64,000 nucleotides of DNA from assembly GCA_963422395.1 (NCBI GenBank), contig OY729431.1, positions 896,001 through 960,000 of the forward strand, read 5' to 3'. This stretch comes from Vicinamibacteria bacterium. GTDB lineage: Bacteria; Acidobacteriota; Vicinamibacteria; Marinacidobacterales; Marinacidobacteraceae. The notes under the pieces were generated by a model that was given only the letters and a program-made list of their open reading frames with translations, was not told where the DNA came from and ran no database searches. Shown here one piece after another: positions 10,030 through 19,586 of this stretch. A program made the translations under genes and the position numbers. The stretch's first letter is position 1; every line of letters begins with the position of its first letter.

Positions 10030-11191
10030 GACAACAACGGCGGTTCCGGCAGTTCCAGGCGAAGCTCGCCAGCCTGACGTTCTTCGACCCCGCATGCGGC
10101 TGCGGCAACTTCCTCATCATCGCCTACCGGGAATTGCGGCTGCTCGAAATCGAGATCATCCGTGAGATACGGGACGCCACCGCCGCGACCGGTCAGGCGG
10201 TACTCGATGCAGCGTGGCAGTCGGTGGTGGACGTGGATCAGTTCTACGGGATCGAGCTTGGCGAGTTCCCGGCCCGCATCGCGGAGACCGCGCTGTGGAT
10301 GATGGACCACAGGAAAGCGCGCCGATCAACGGTATGGGCAGATTGATTATCGGCTCCAAGCCCATCGACGGCAGAAGCTACATATTCGACTCGGCGGAAC
10401 GTGACGCGTTTCTGGATGCGGAGCCGGAGGCCGCGCCCTGGCTCCGACCGTTCATCGGGGCACGCGAGTATTTGCAGGGAGGCGAGCGCTGGATTCTGGC
10501 GCTGCACGATGCACCGCCCGAACTTCTTGCGTGGCTACCGGGAGTGCGGGAGCGAATCGCCGCCGTCCGCGCCTACCGCGAGGCGAGCAAGAGCGCGCCG
10601 ACGCGCAAGCTTGCGACGACGCCGACGCTCTACCATGTCAACGTTATCCCGACCACACCATTTCTGGTGATTCCGAAGGTCAGTTCGGAGCGGCGCGAAT
10701 ACGTGCCGGTGGATTGGCTGGAGCCGCCGACCGTCCCCAGCGATCTAGTGTTCGTCCTTCAGGACGCTTCGCTGGTCGATTTCGCGCTGCTGACCTCGAC
10801 GATGCACATGGCATGGCTGCGCCATATCGGCGGACGGTTGGAAAGCCGCTACCGCTATTCCATCGGCCTCGTCTACAACACCTTCCCGACACCGCCCGAA
10901 GGCGCGGATATGTCGAAGCTGGCACCGCTCGCCCAAGCAGTGCTCGACGCCCGCGCCGCTCATCCGGACGCGACTCTGGCCGATCTCTACGATCCCGATC
11001 TGATGCCGCCCACCCTGCGCCGCGCCCACCAAGCCCTCGACCGCGCCGTGGACCGCCTCTACCGCCGTACTGGCTTCGCGTCAGAGCGCGAGCGGGTAGA
11101 ACATCTGTTTGGGGTGTATGATAAGGTGCAGTCGCCGCTCGGGGCGGGAATCAAGGCACGTTCAAGACGCCGAACAAAAGCAAGTGAATGA
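10030..11191 (+). pseudogene. MmeI-like (type IIL/IIG) restriction-methyltransferase remnant; N-terminus missing and large internal deletion at about 10310
   Basis: FFDPACGCGNFLIIAYRELR...QFYGIEL...AETALWMMDH is joined out of frame to the TRD/C-terminal part (GSKPIDG, PKVSSERREY, GRLESRYRYS, TLADLYDP, HQALDRAVD); the NPP(F/Y) motif region is absent. Confidence 0.88.
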
Positions 11192-11233
11192 CCAGAAAAG
11201 GGCACACCCATGACCGGACAAGATGCTTTGCAG
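11031..11233 (+). repeat. Direct repeat copy A (MmeI 3' tail plus start of the next gene, MTGQDALQ)
   Basis: Aligns with 11905-12114; shared blocks include CCGCGCCGTGGACCGC, GAACATCTGTTTG and GGACAAGATGCTTTGCAG. Confidence 0.85.
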
Positions 11234-11845
11234 AAAAAATCGGAACTGCGCCTTGTATTGACCGAGAAATTCACCGAGACCGATGCCTTGGAGATTCGAG
11301 CAGCGCTCAATCGACACCTGCGGATCAGCAAGCCAGAGAGGTATTATCGAGCCTCGATAGACCCGCCATCGGTCATCAAGATACTAGGTGAGGCCGCGCT
11401 GTGGCTGCCTCTGACCGCAGCCACGGTCTTCTTCAAGTCCTTCGTCAGTACTCTCGGGAAGCGAATGGCCGATGCGGCATGGGACAGTTTGGCAGCACGG
11501 AAGGAGAGCAAGGACATCGAACCATTGGTTGATGTCGTAAACACGCTCGTTTCGGCTGCTGATCGTGTTGGAGGACGGGTTTATATCGAGGTTGGTCTCG
11601 ACATTCCAGATGACTTCTTCGGAACGGCGATCACGACCGAGTCCCGCGATCCCTTGGAGTTGGCGCGGATCCTATCGTCTTTCATCGTGCGTGCGGAGAA
11701 AATCTCCGACGCGGTACAGGCCGAGATCGAACGCGGGTACAAACCGCTCGGGCAGTTCGTCATGGAGCTGGAGCAAGACGGAAGCATGACGATCCGATGG
11801 ACTGCTGCGTCCGACTCCAAGACCTACGAGAAGCACATACCGTAG
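11210..11845 (+). CDS. Hypothetical protein, 211 aa, visibly lower GC than the backbone
   Basis: Intact ORF with protein-like composition and one amphipathic/hydrophobic stretch (ALWLPLTAATVFFKSFVSTLG); no family recognised. Confidence 0.7.
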   Translation: MTGQDALQKKSELRLVLTEKFTETDALEIRAALNRHLRISKPERYYRASIDPPSVIKILGEAALWLPLTAATVFFKSFVSTLGKRMADAAWDSLAARKESKDIEPLVDVVNTLVSAADRVGGRVYIEVGLDIPDDFFGTAITTESRDPLELARILSSFIVRAEKISDAVQAEIERGYKPLGQFVMELEQDGSMTIRWTAASDSKTYEKHIP

Positions 11846-11904
11846 ATAACTGTCAGTGGACGTTTTAGGATGGGATCACTCTGCGACCAACCCCAGCCCT
11901 CGCT

Positions 11905-12114
11905 AGGCCCTCGGCCGCGCCGTGGACCGCATCTGCCGGCATGGCGGCTTTGCGTCGGAGCGCGAACGGGTGGAACATCTGTTTGAGTTGTATGAGAAAA
12001 TGATGTCGCCGTTGACGATGGGAGTGGGAATGAAGGAAAAACGCCGGAGACGCCGGACAAAAAGCAAACGAATGGCAGAAGAACACACTCATGATGGGAC
12101 AAGATGCTTTGCAG
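11905..12114 (+). repeat. Direct repeat copy B (diverged MmeI 3' tail plus MMGQDALQ gene start)
   Basis: Encodes RAVDRICRHGGFASERERVEHLFELYEKMMSPL, a second MmeI C-terminus, then ATGATGGGACAAGATGCTTTGCAG. Confidence 0.85.
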
Positions 12115-12200
12115 GAAACGGTTGCCGCCCTTATCAATAGAAAAGCCGAAGGGACCTATTGGGATTTCAAACGTATCCATCACCGCAATAAAGGTGACAT
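12091..12200 (+). pseudogene. Schlafen/AlbA_2-domain protein, N-terminal fragment truncated by the integrase remnant
   Basis: LINRKAEGTYWDFKRIHH matches the AlbA_2 E-x4-(D/E)FK opening motif; similarity stops where the integrase sequence begins. Confidence 0.6.
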
Positions 12201-13085
12201 GACCGCTTGGCTTGCGGCGGTGTGCCGAAGATCGTGCAGACGCAGGCTGCCGAGCTTCGCGTCGTTGCATACCTTTCGCCAGCACGTCGTAAGGCTATAG
12301 GTGCCTCGGCCTTCGGCATAGTACGGAAACAGGAACGCATCGGGATCGCGCGCACCGGGCAGCGCGGCGACATGCGCCCGCGCGGCCTCCCCGAGCGGCA
12401 CGGCGCGCGGTCCGGTCTTCGAATCCTCAAGATTCAGCGCGTCGGTACCGACGTTCCGCCAGCGAAGATTGAGCACTTCGCTGCGGCGGCACCCGGTGAG
12501 TGCGAGCAGCCGGATCGCCGCGACGGCCTCGGGCCATTCGGCCTCGCGGGTGTCGAGAGCGCGCCCGAGCCGCGCGAGTTCGTCCGCGTCCAGGAACCGG
12601 GCGAGCTTCTTTCTCGGGTTCTTCGCGATGCCGAGACAGGGCTGCTGCCGCGCTCGCGCAATCCCCATTCTTCGGCCCGGAACATCATCGCGCGCAGTAT
12701 CTCGAAGGCGCGGTTGGCCGCGCCGGGCTTGTCCTTGCTCGCCGCGTCGAACCACGCGGCCACGTCCTCCGGGCCGATGCGGTTGAGGGGCATTTTGCCG
12801 AAGGCGGGGAGGATGCGGGCCTTCAGATAGATGCGCACGGTCCTGCGCCCCGAGGGCTTCCAGTGCGGCTCGCAGCGGCCAGGTACTCGTCCGCGAACTC
12901 CCGGAAGGTCGGGGTCTTCTTCTCGCGCTGGATGTCGTCTGCGGGATTGTCGCCCGCGCGGATGCGCGCGAGCATGTCGCGGGCGCGGCGGCGGGCCTCG
13001 GCAAGCTCCATCTCGCCGTGCCGGGCGATGACGATGCGGCGGCTCCGCCCCTCGATACGGGTCTGCACGATCCAGACATTCCGTG
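12195..13085 (-). pseudogene. Tyrosine recombinase/phage integrase with arm-binding domain; two frameshifts, truncated at both ends
   Basis: WIVQTRIEGRSRRIVIARHGEMELAEARRRAR (arm binding), then shifts near 12880 and 12645 to LLALTGCRRSEVLNLRW, DSKTG and LRLHDLRHTAAS; the LGH...Y catalytic tail is missing. Confidence 0.88.
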
Positions 13086-13711
13086 GAGGGAGCTTTGGTT
13101 GATGCTGGCAAGGCTCCATCGGGCGTTTCGGTCAGCACCGCGTTGTCGGTTGTCGACGGACCTCGCGGCCTCATTCGCCAGCGGCGCAGTGCACCCCCGC
13201 GCGCTTTTCGAAAGGGATGCGTCAGGAGCCGCTCGGCGGCCACCTCACGGATGCGGGCGCGATCGTGCACGGCCACCCACCCGCGGGCGTCGTCTTCGAG
13301 CAAGACGCTGTATGGAAGAATCAGCGCCTCGGAAATAGTCCAACAATTACGCTGGGTTACGGTCTAGGCTCTCTCCTTTCGGCGAGTTCGAGAAATACGA
13401 GGAGAACGGAGTGTTCCGAAGCCTCGAGGAGCCGGCATGGAAGGACTGAGCGGATGTCTCAGAACCGGGTGGGTTTCGAAGGCGTCGGCGACCGTTCTGC
13501 CGACTGACAGGAAGTGCCGCTGCTCGAGTTTGCCGGAAGCGGTGCCGTTGTAGCTCGCCTTTCGTTTCCTCGAATCCGGGGCGGGCGGCGTCCACCGAGA
13601 TACGGCGGCATCCCGCCCGGGCCGGGTCGGAACGGCTCGAGAACGCTCGTTGCGGCCGTTTCCGCAGTCGACAGGGAGCATGGGGGCGGCCCACGGGACC
13701 GCTTTGAACGG

Positions 13712-15151
13712 TCAGCTCTGCGCCATCTCCGCCCGCGCATCGAGTTCCACCCGGTGACGGCTCTGCGGAGGCAGGACGGCGGTCTCGTTCCCCGCATCTG
13801 GGGGAGACATCGCGCCGAGTCGATCGTAGAGGACTTCGGTCGCGGCCTCCCGGTCTTCCGGAGTGCGCGCGCGCACCCGAATCCGCCCCGCATCCGCCAG
13901 CGCGGCGCCCAGCGAACCGAGCGCGCCTTCCAACCGGTCCAGGGCGCAATGGGTCTCGGCGCGGGCGTCGCCGCCGCCGAGGAGCCGGCCCCGGTGGAAC
14001 GGAGAGGCGCCGGCGATTCGGATCCGGCGGCCGATGCGAACCGCCTCCCGGAATCCCGCTTCCGCCGGGAGTTCGTATCCGCGCCCGGTCTCCCGCGAGA
14101 TCCAGGGCGCCGGCAGTTCGGTGAAGTGGTGGCTGAGATCGCCGGAAGCGGTGAGATAGGGGGGGCGCCGGTATTCGTCGCCGGAGTCTCCCGGGATCGG
14201 GTCGAGCTCCGCCTGTGCCTCGGCCAGTTCCTCCCGCGACCGCTCGTCGAGCGAGAAGGCGCCGAGCCGCAGGTTGTCTTCGAGGTGGCCGGGCGCTCCG
14301 GGGCGGGCGCCCACGATCACTCCGGCGACGCCAGGCTGTTCCAGTACTTGGCGGCAGGCGGCATTCGCAATAGAGACGCCGAGCCGATCCGCCACCCGGC
14401 GGATCGAGCGGAGCAGGCGCTGGAAGCGGTCCCAGCCCCCCGCCTGTTCGATGAAGCGCAGATACTTCATCTCCGACCAGGTGCGGGATTCGTCCATCGG
14501 GGGCGCTGCCCGTCCGAGCCAGCGGTCGCTCAACAGCCCGCCGGCGAGGGTCCCGTAGGCGAGGAGCCCGACTCCGTGCGTTCGGCAGACGCGGGTTAGC
14601 CCCCCTGCCGGACGCCGGTCGAGGAGTGAATAGCAGACCTGGTTCGAGACCAGCGGAATCCCGCTTCGGAGTGCGAGATCCCAGTGGGCGGCGTCGAAGT
14701 TCGTGACTCCGAGGTGCAGGATCCGCCCGGCGGCGCGCTGCTCCCGGAGTTCGAAGAGACAGTCCAGCCAGTGCGGGTCGGAATAGCTCCAGGCGTGGAA
14801 TTGGAGGAGGTCCAGCCGCCCCCCGCCGATCCGGTCGAGCGACCGCGTCACCGCGGCCTCCACCTCCTCGGGCGACGAGACCCCGGGCGGGGGCACCCAC
14901 TTGGTGAGTACCCGGACTGCAGCGCGCGGTTCCGGGCGCTGCCGGCGGAGGGCTCCCGCGACCCGTTCCGCCGAGCCGTAGTGATCCGCGACATCGAAGC
15001 CGCACAGGCCGGCGTCCACGAGCGGCGTGAGCGCCCGGGCGGCTGCTTCCGGATCGAGCAGCGCCCCTCCCCGCTCCTGGTCGGCGACCTGCCACAGCCC
15101 GGTGAGCACCCGCGGCAGTTCGAGCCCGGGAGCGAGCCGCGTCCGTCCCAC
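13712..15151 (-). CDS. Aldo/keto reductase fused to a C-terminal RidA/YjgF-like domain
   Basis: FDVADHYGSAE, TKW, LDLLQFHAW, LGVTNFD, SNQVCYSLLDRR and YGTLAGG motifs; C-terminal AVRIGRRIRIAG...VELDARAE. Confidence 0.85.
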   Translation of the reverse strand: MGRTRLAPGLELPRVLTGLWQVADQERGGALLDPEAAARALTPLVDAGLCGFDVADHYGSAERVAGALRRQRPEPRAAVRVLTKWVPPPGVSSPEEVEAAVTRSLDRIGGGRLDLLQFHAWSYSDPHWLDCLFELREQRAAGRILHLGVTNFDAAHWDLALRSGIPLVSNQVCYSLLDRRPAGGLTRVCRTHGVGLLAYGTLAGGLLSDRWLGRAAPPMDESRTWSEMKYLRFIEQAGGWDRFQRLLRSIRRVADRLGVSIANAACRQVLEQPGVAGVIVGARPGAPGHLEDNLRLGAFSLDERSREELAEAQAELDPIPGDSGDEYRRPPYLTASGDLSHHFTELPAPWISRETGRGYELPAEAGFREAVRIGRRIRIAGASPFHRGRLLGGGDARAETHCALDRLEGALGSLGAALADAGRIRVRARTPEDREAATEVLYDRLGAMSPPDAGNETAVLPPQSRHRVELDARAEMAQS

Positions 15152-15158
15152 CGGTGCG

Positions 15159-16640
15159 TTACTCGCGGGGCAGGGTGCGGAAGATCCGGTCGATATCCAC
15201 CCCGCGGCGGCGGAGCCGCGCCCGCTCGCGCAGGAAGAGCAGCGAAGCGGCGCCCATCACGAGCAGCCATACCGGAGTCGAGTGGAAGTACCAGGCCTTC
15301 GCGCCGGTTCCCAGATCGCTGGCGATGTGGAGCGCGAGGAACGCTCCGAGGATCGCCGTGCCCGCGCCGCCCACGAGGTTCCGAGCAGCGGGGCTCAGCA
15401 CCTTCAACTCTCGGGCGAGGGCTGGATTGCGCCGGGGCAGGACCAGCAGCGAGAGGCAGATCAGCCCGAAGTTCACGAGCATCGAAGTGACCAGGATGTC
15501 GATGCCGAGGAAGAAGTCGCCGGCGAGGTGGCTCCCGAGGATGCCCACCGTCGCCATCAGTCCGCTCAGCAGGATCGCGGCCCAGGGAGTGTGGAAGCGG
15601 CGGTGGACCGCCGCTACTGCCCGAGGGAAGATGCCGTCCTCGGCCCAGGCGAACATCATCCGCGACACCGCGAGCAGCATCGCGGGAAGGTCGTTGATGA
15701 GCGCGACGGCGGCCCCGGCGAGGATGGCCGTCGTCCCCGCCGCCGGCAGGAGATAGCCGAGGAGGCCCGGAGCGGTCACATCCCGGACCGCCGCTTCGGC
15801 CGCCACGAAGGTCCAGGGGACCGCGTGGTACATCGCCGCAGTGAACAGGAAATAGAACCCGCCGACTCCAGCGATGGCGATTCCGATGGCGAGCGGCAGG
15901 TTGCGGGCGGGGTTTTTCGCCTCGCCGCCGGCCTGGGCGATCGAGTCGAACCCGATGAAGGTAGCGAAGAGAATCACCGAAGCGGTCAGGAGCGGGACGA
16001 GACGCAGCGGCGGGGTGGGGGTCTCGGGGACCGCCCGACTCTCGCTCGCGGCGAGAGCGGCGGCGAAATCCCCGTGGTCGAAGGAGAACCCGGCGACGAT
16101 CACCACGGCGCCGAGGGCGAACATGAGGATGGTCAGCGGGATCAGCGTTCGCTGGTAGAGCGCGAGTCCGCGGAGGTTGACCAGAACGAAGGTCCAGAGG
16201 AAGGCGATCGAGAGGCCGACCCGGATCGGGCCGCGTTCCAGCGCCGCGGCGGCCCCGGCGAAGTCGAGGGCGGCGGCGATGTCGCGCAGGAAGGGGATCA
16301 GCAGATAGGACACCACCCCGATGGCGATCGAGAGTCCGAACCACTGCGAGAAACTGGCGACGAAGCCCCAGAAGGGGCCGAGCGCTCGGCTCGCGTACAC
16401 ATAGCTGCCTCCCGCGCGCGGCATCGCCGAGCCGAGGCTCGCGTAGGCGAGCGCCGCCAGCACCGCCGGCAGCGCGGCGAAGGCGTAGGCGGGGAGGACA
16501 TGGGGGCCGATTTCCGGGATACCCCGCAGCAGCATGAAGGGCATCACCTGGATCGCCGCCCCGAGCATCGAACAGATCCCGGTAGCAGCGAGCCCGGCGA
16601 GGCCGAGGCTCCGGGTGAGTCCGGCGGGCGGATGCGTCAT
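15159..16640 (-). CDS. APC-family amino acid permease
   Basis: About 12 TM segments; MPRAGGSYVY, FIGFD, GGEAKNPARNLP and HRRFHTP motifs. Confidence 0.9.
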   Translation of the reverse strand: MTHPPAGLTRSLGLAGLAATGICSMLGAAIQVMPFMLLRGIPEIGPHVLPAYAFAALPAVLAALAYASLGSAMPRAGGSYVYASRALGPFWGFVASFSQWFGLSIAIGVVSYLLIPFLRDIAAALDFAGAAAALERGPIRVGLSIAFLWTFVLVNLRGLALYQRTLIPLTILMFALGAVVIVAGFSFDHGDFAAALAASESRAVPETPTPPLRLVPLLTASVILFATFIGFDSIAQAGGEAKNPARNLPLAIGIAIAGVGGFYFLFTAAMYHAVPWTFVAAEAAVRDVTAPGLLGYLLPAAGTTAILAGAAVALINDLPAMLLAVSRMMFAWAEDGIFPRAVAAVHRRFHTPWAAILLSGLMATVGILGSHLAGDFFLGIDILVTSMLVNFGLICLSLLVLPRRNPALARELKVLSPAARNLVGGAGTAILGAFLALHIASDLGTGAKAWYFHSTPVWLLVMGAASLLFLRERARLRRRGVDIDRIFRTLPRE

Positions 16641-16773
16641 CAGGGGTATCGGCCTCGATGCCGCCTCACCTCACCAACCATTGGAGCGGGGGAAGGGACC
16701 CAAAGGATCCGGCCGGCGGGAGAACGACGAAGGCCGGGCATCGAGGATGCCCCTCGATCCGTTCGGTCTCATC

Positions 16774-17526
16774 TCAGGACTCGGGTTCGCGGCGTTCCGG
16801 TTCCGGGACCTGTTCCGAGGTTTGGACCGGTTGAAATCCCATGTGCAACACCCCGCTTTGGTAAACGCCGCCTGGCATCAGGATTTGCTGCCAAACCGGT
16901 GAGCTGGCAGTGATCTGGTGACTAGGGCGCTTCAGAGTTTCTGAATCCAGATCGAAACTAGCGGTCAAGCATCGATCGTCGAAGAACTCGTCCTCTTCGT
17001 TAACTTTGACATGAATCGTATCCCCGGGGAACACTTGGAGAACTGCATGAGTACCTTCGTATCTCGATGATCCAGCCGTGGCGAACGAAGTCCGCATGGC
17101 TTCTCGCCGCGCCGAAATCCGCGCGACTTCTGTGCTCAGATCGGATCGAACCTCTCCATGCGGCACCTGGCTTTCCTCTTCCTGGAGCACCCGCAGTTTC
17201 CCGATCTCTTCTTCCAATCGATCGATTTCCTGTTGTAGCCCGTCGATGGGAGATCGGTCGACGACCATGTAGTAATCCGAAAAGGAAAACACATCGCCAC
17301 AAGAAACCGTTGACATGTCCGCTGTCATGTTCATGATGTAGGGAACATATTCGGAATCGAACGAATCCTCCACGAAGAGAGAAAGGACGCCGAGCGCGCC
17401 GACGCCGGCCGCTACATAGAGACAGCTGCTCGACAGCAGGAGCAGTGGGCAGGAGACGAGCGCCGCGAGTCGCGATCCTCGACTGCAGCGAGTGCCCGTC
17501 GCTGGCTGGACATCTAGTGTTTTCAT
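16774..17526 (-). CDS. Hypothetical lipoprotein/exported protein with a coiled coil and possible C2-like motifs
   Basis: Hydrophobic N-terminus with LLLSSSC; coiled coil LQQEIDRLEEEIGKL; visibly lower GC. Confidence 0.65.
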   Translation of the reverse strand: MKTLDVQPATGTRCSRGSRLAALVSCPLLLLSSSCLYVAAGVGALGVLSLFVEDSFDSEYVPYIMNMTADMSTVSCGDVFSFSDYYMVVDRSPIDGLQQEIDRLEEEIGKLRVLQEEESQVPHGEVRSDLSTEVARISARREAMRTSFATAGSSRYEGTHAVLQVFPGDTIHVKVNEEDEFFDDRCLTASFDLDSETLKRPSHQITASSPVWQQILMPGGVYQSGVLHMGFQPVQTSEQVPEPERREPES

Positions 17527-17580
17527 GATTCGTAGCTCATCGAGATAGCAAGGAAGAGGGAGCCGAGTGCGGACTCCCCC

Positions 17581-19467
17581 TCAGAGCACGCCGTGCAACG
17601 GCCCGCCTGGCGCGGCGAGCGCATCTACCCGGCGGCTGACCGCGGGATCCTCGACAAGCGGCGGAGCGTGGTGGGGTTTTCGACGGGCATCGAGGACGAT
17701 GGGTTCGACGCAGCTCCAGTGCTTGTGCACGGTGGCCGCGCGGCGGCCGTGGACATCGTGGGACGGGTTGGACCTGGTGAAAGCCACCCAGAGCAGATTC
17801 CGCAGGCTCTCGGCGGCGAAGCGTGGATCGTCGCAGAGGACGACCAGCGGGACCCCGCGGAGGTCGGCACCGTTCCTTTCCACCGCGTCGAGAGCGCCGA
17901 AGAGCGGAACGAGTTCTCCCGCTACCGCTTCGTAGGAGGAAAAGGCCGGCCCCCCCAGGACGAACAATCCCGGCAGCACCGCCTGCATTCCCGAGAAGCC
18001 GGGAGGCAGAACCGGGCCGACTTCCTCCGGTAGCGAGGCGGCGAGGGTCCGCCGCGCCGGCCCCGCTCCGGCGATCACCAGCTTCGAGCCGGAGTTCAGA
18101 CCAGTCCCGGAGTAGTCGAGGGTGTCCATCGTGGTGCGGGTCTGGAAGTGGAGGTCGGTCGAGAGGTCCACCCGGCGGAGCACATGACCGAACATCCCGG
18201 GGATGTCGTGGGCGGCGAGGTCGGGGTCGTCTTCGCGTGCGGCGAGAAAGAGGTACTTGGCCAGCGAGCACTGCCCGAACCCCAGGATCGCGTTGGCGAT
18301 GGTCCAGAGTTCCTGCGGGCGGCGCTCGAGGAACGGCGCGTACCGTTCGCTGCCGACCGCGAGCAGCAGTGGATGGACTCCGGCGGCATCCACTGCGTGG
18401 ACCGAATGAACCCCGGGCAGCGTGGTCGGAACCATCGGCTCGGTGATCTCGTGGATCAGCTGCCCGAAAGTGGTGTCCTCCTGCGGTGGTCGGCCGACGA
18501 CAGTGAGCGGCCAGACGGCGCCGGGCCGGTGGTGGACCGCGCTCACCCGGAGCACTGGGAACGGATGAGTGAGGCTGTAGTACCCCAGGTGGTCGCCGAA
18601 CGGTCCTTCGGGGAGGGTGCGCGCCGGATCCACCCAGCCGGTGATCGTGAAATCGCTGTCCGCCGAAACCACGAAGCCGTCCGCCCGCCGCTGCCAGCCG
18701 AAACGCCGCCCAGCGAGCATCCCGGCGAAGAGCAGCTCGCTCAGACCCTCGGGGAGCGGCATCACCGCGGCCAGGGTGTGTGCCGGCGGTCCCCCGACGA
18801 AGACGCTCACCCGAAGCGGCTCGCCCCGGCGCTCCGCCGCGGTGTGGTGCACGCCGATCCCGCGGTGGATCTGATAGTGCATCCCCGCTTCTTCCGGGCC
18901 GTACTCGCCGCCCCCGAGCTGGATGCGGTACATCCCGAGGTTCGACGCGAGCGGAGCGCCGAAAGGTCCTCCGCCGATCGCGGCGTCCGGATCTTCGGTG
19001 AAGACCTGCGGCAGGGTGATGAACGGCCCGCCGTCGTCCGGCCAGGAGGTGATGCGCGGAAGGCCGGCGAGCGCGATCCGGTGCGTCTGGCTCGAAGCGG
19101 AGCGCCGCACCCGGCGGGGGAGGGAATGCACTGCGGCTTCCGCAGCGTGGAGCAGGGAGCCGGGCCGGCGGCGCAGATCGGCGAACACCCGACCGGGTTC
19201 CGCCCGGTAGCGCACCGCCGCCTTCGCCCGGTCGAGCCCGTGCCGCAGCAGGAAGCGGGCGCGCTCCATCGTCCCGAAGAGGTTCGCAACGCAGGGGAAG
19301 ACAGACCCTCGAACCCGCTCGAAGAGAATCGCCGGCGCCCTTGCGGCATAGGCTCGCCGCTGGATTTCGGCGACTTCGAGATGCCCGTCCACCTCGTCGG
19401 GAACCCGAACGAGCATCCGGTTCCGTTCGAGATCACGGATCGCATCGGCGAGCGAGCGGTAGGCCAT
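17581..19467 (-). CDS. UbiD-family (prFMN-dependent) decarboxylase
   Basis: Start MAYRSLAD; NLFGT, WPDDGGPFITLP, NLGMYRIQ, PEGPFGDHLGYYS and VVGRPPQED motifs. Confidence 0.92.
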   Translation of the reverse strand: MAYRSLADAIRDLERNRMLVRVPDEVDGHLEVAEIQRRAYAARAPAILFERVRGSVFPCVANLFGTMERARFLLRHGLDRAKAAVRYRAEPGRVFADLRRRPGSLLHAAEAAVHSLPRRVRRSASSQTHRIALAGLPRITSWPDDGGPFITLPQVFTEDPDAAIGGGPFGAPLASNLGMYRIQLGGGEYGPEEAGMHYQIHRGIGVHHTAAERRGEPLRVSVFVGGPPAHTLAAVMPLPEGLSELLFAGMLAGRRFGWQRRADGFVVSADSDFTITGWVDPARTLPEGPFGDHLGYYSLTHPFPVLRVSAVHHRPGAVWPLTVVGRPPQEDTTFGQLIHEITEPMVPTTLPGVHSVHAVDAAGVHPLLLAVGSERYAPFLERRPQELWTIANAILGFGQCSLAKYLFLAAREDDPDLAAHDIPGMFGHVLRRVDLSTDLHFQTRTTMDTLDYSGTGLNSGSKLVIAGAGPARRTLAASLPEEVGPVLPPGFSGMQAVLPGLFVLGGPAFSSYEAVAGELVPLFGALDAVERNGADLRGVPLVVLCDDPRFAAESLRNLLWVAFTRSNPSHDVHGRRAATVHKHWSCVEPIVLDARRKPHHAPPLVEDPAVSRRVDALAAPGGPLHGVL

Positions 19468-19586
19468 CTTCCAGAGGGGGAGAGAGTAGTCCCGCCGCCC
19501 GCAGAACCGTGGTCCGATTCGGGCCGGCGGGGGCCGGAACGACGAGAATGGCTCGAGGCTGCCGGCTCGGAAGTAGGATCGCTCGG

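Noticed and set aside
13320-13710. Possible tRNA or att site beside the integrase remnant
   Set aside because: No cloverleaf or T-loop consensus, and no flanking direct repeat could be identified by eye
17581-19467. UbiD-family gene without an adjacent ubiX
   Set aside because: ubiX is often unlinked, so this cannot be judged from one window
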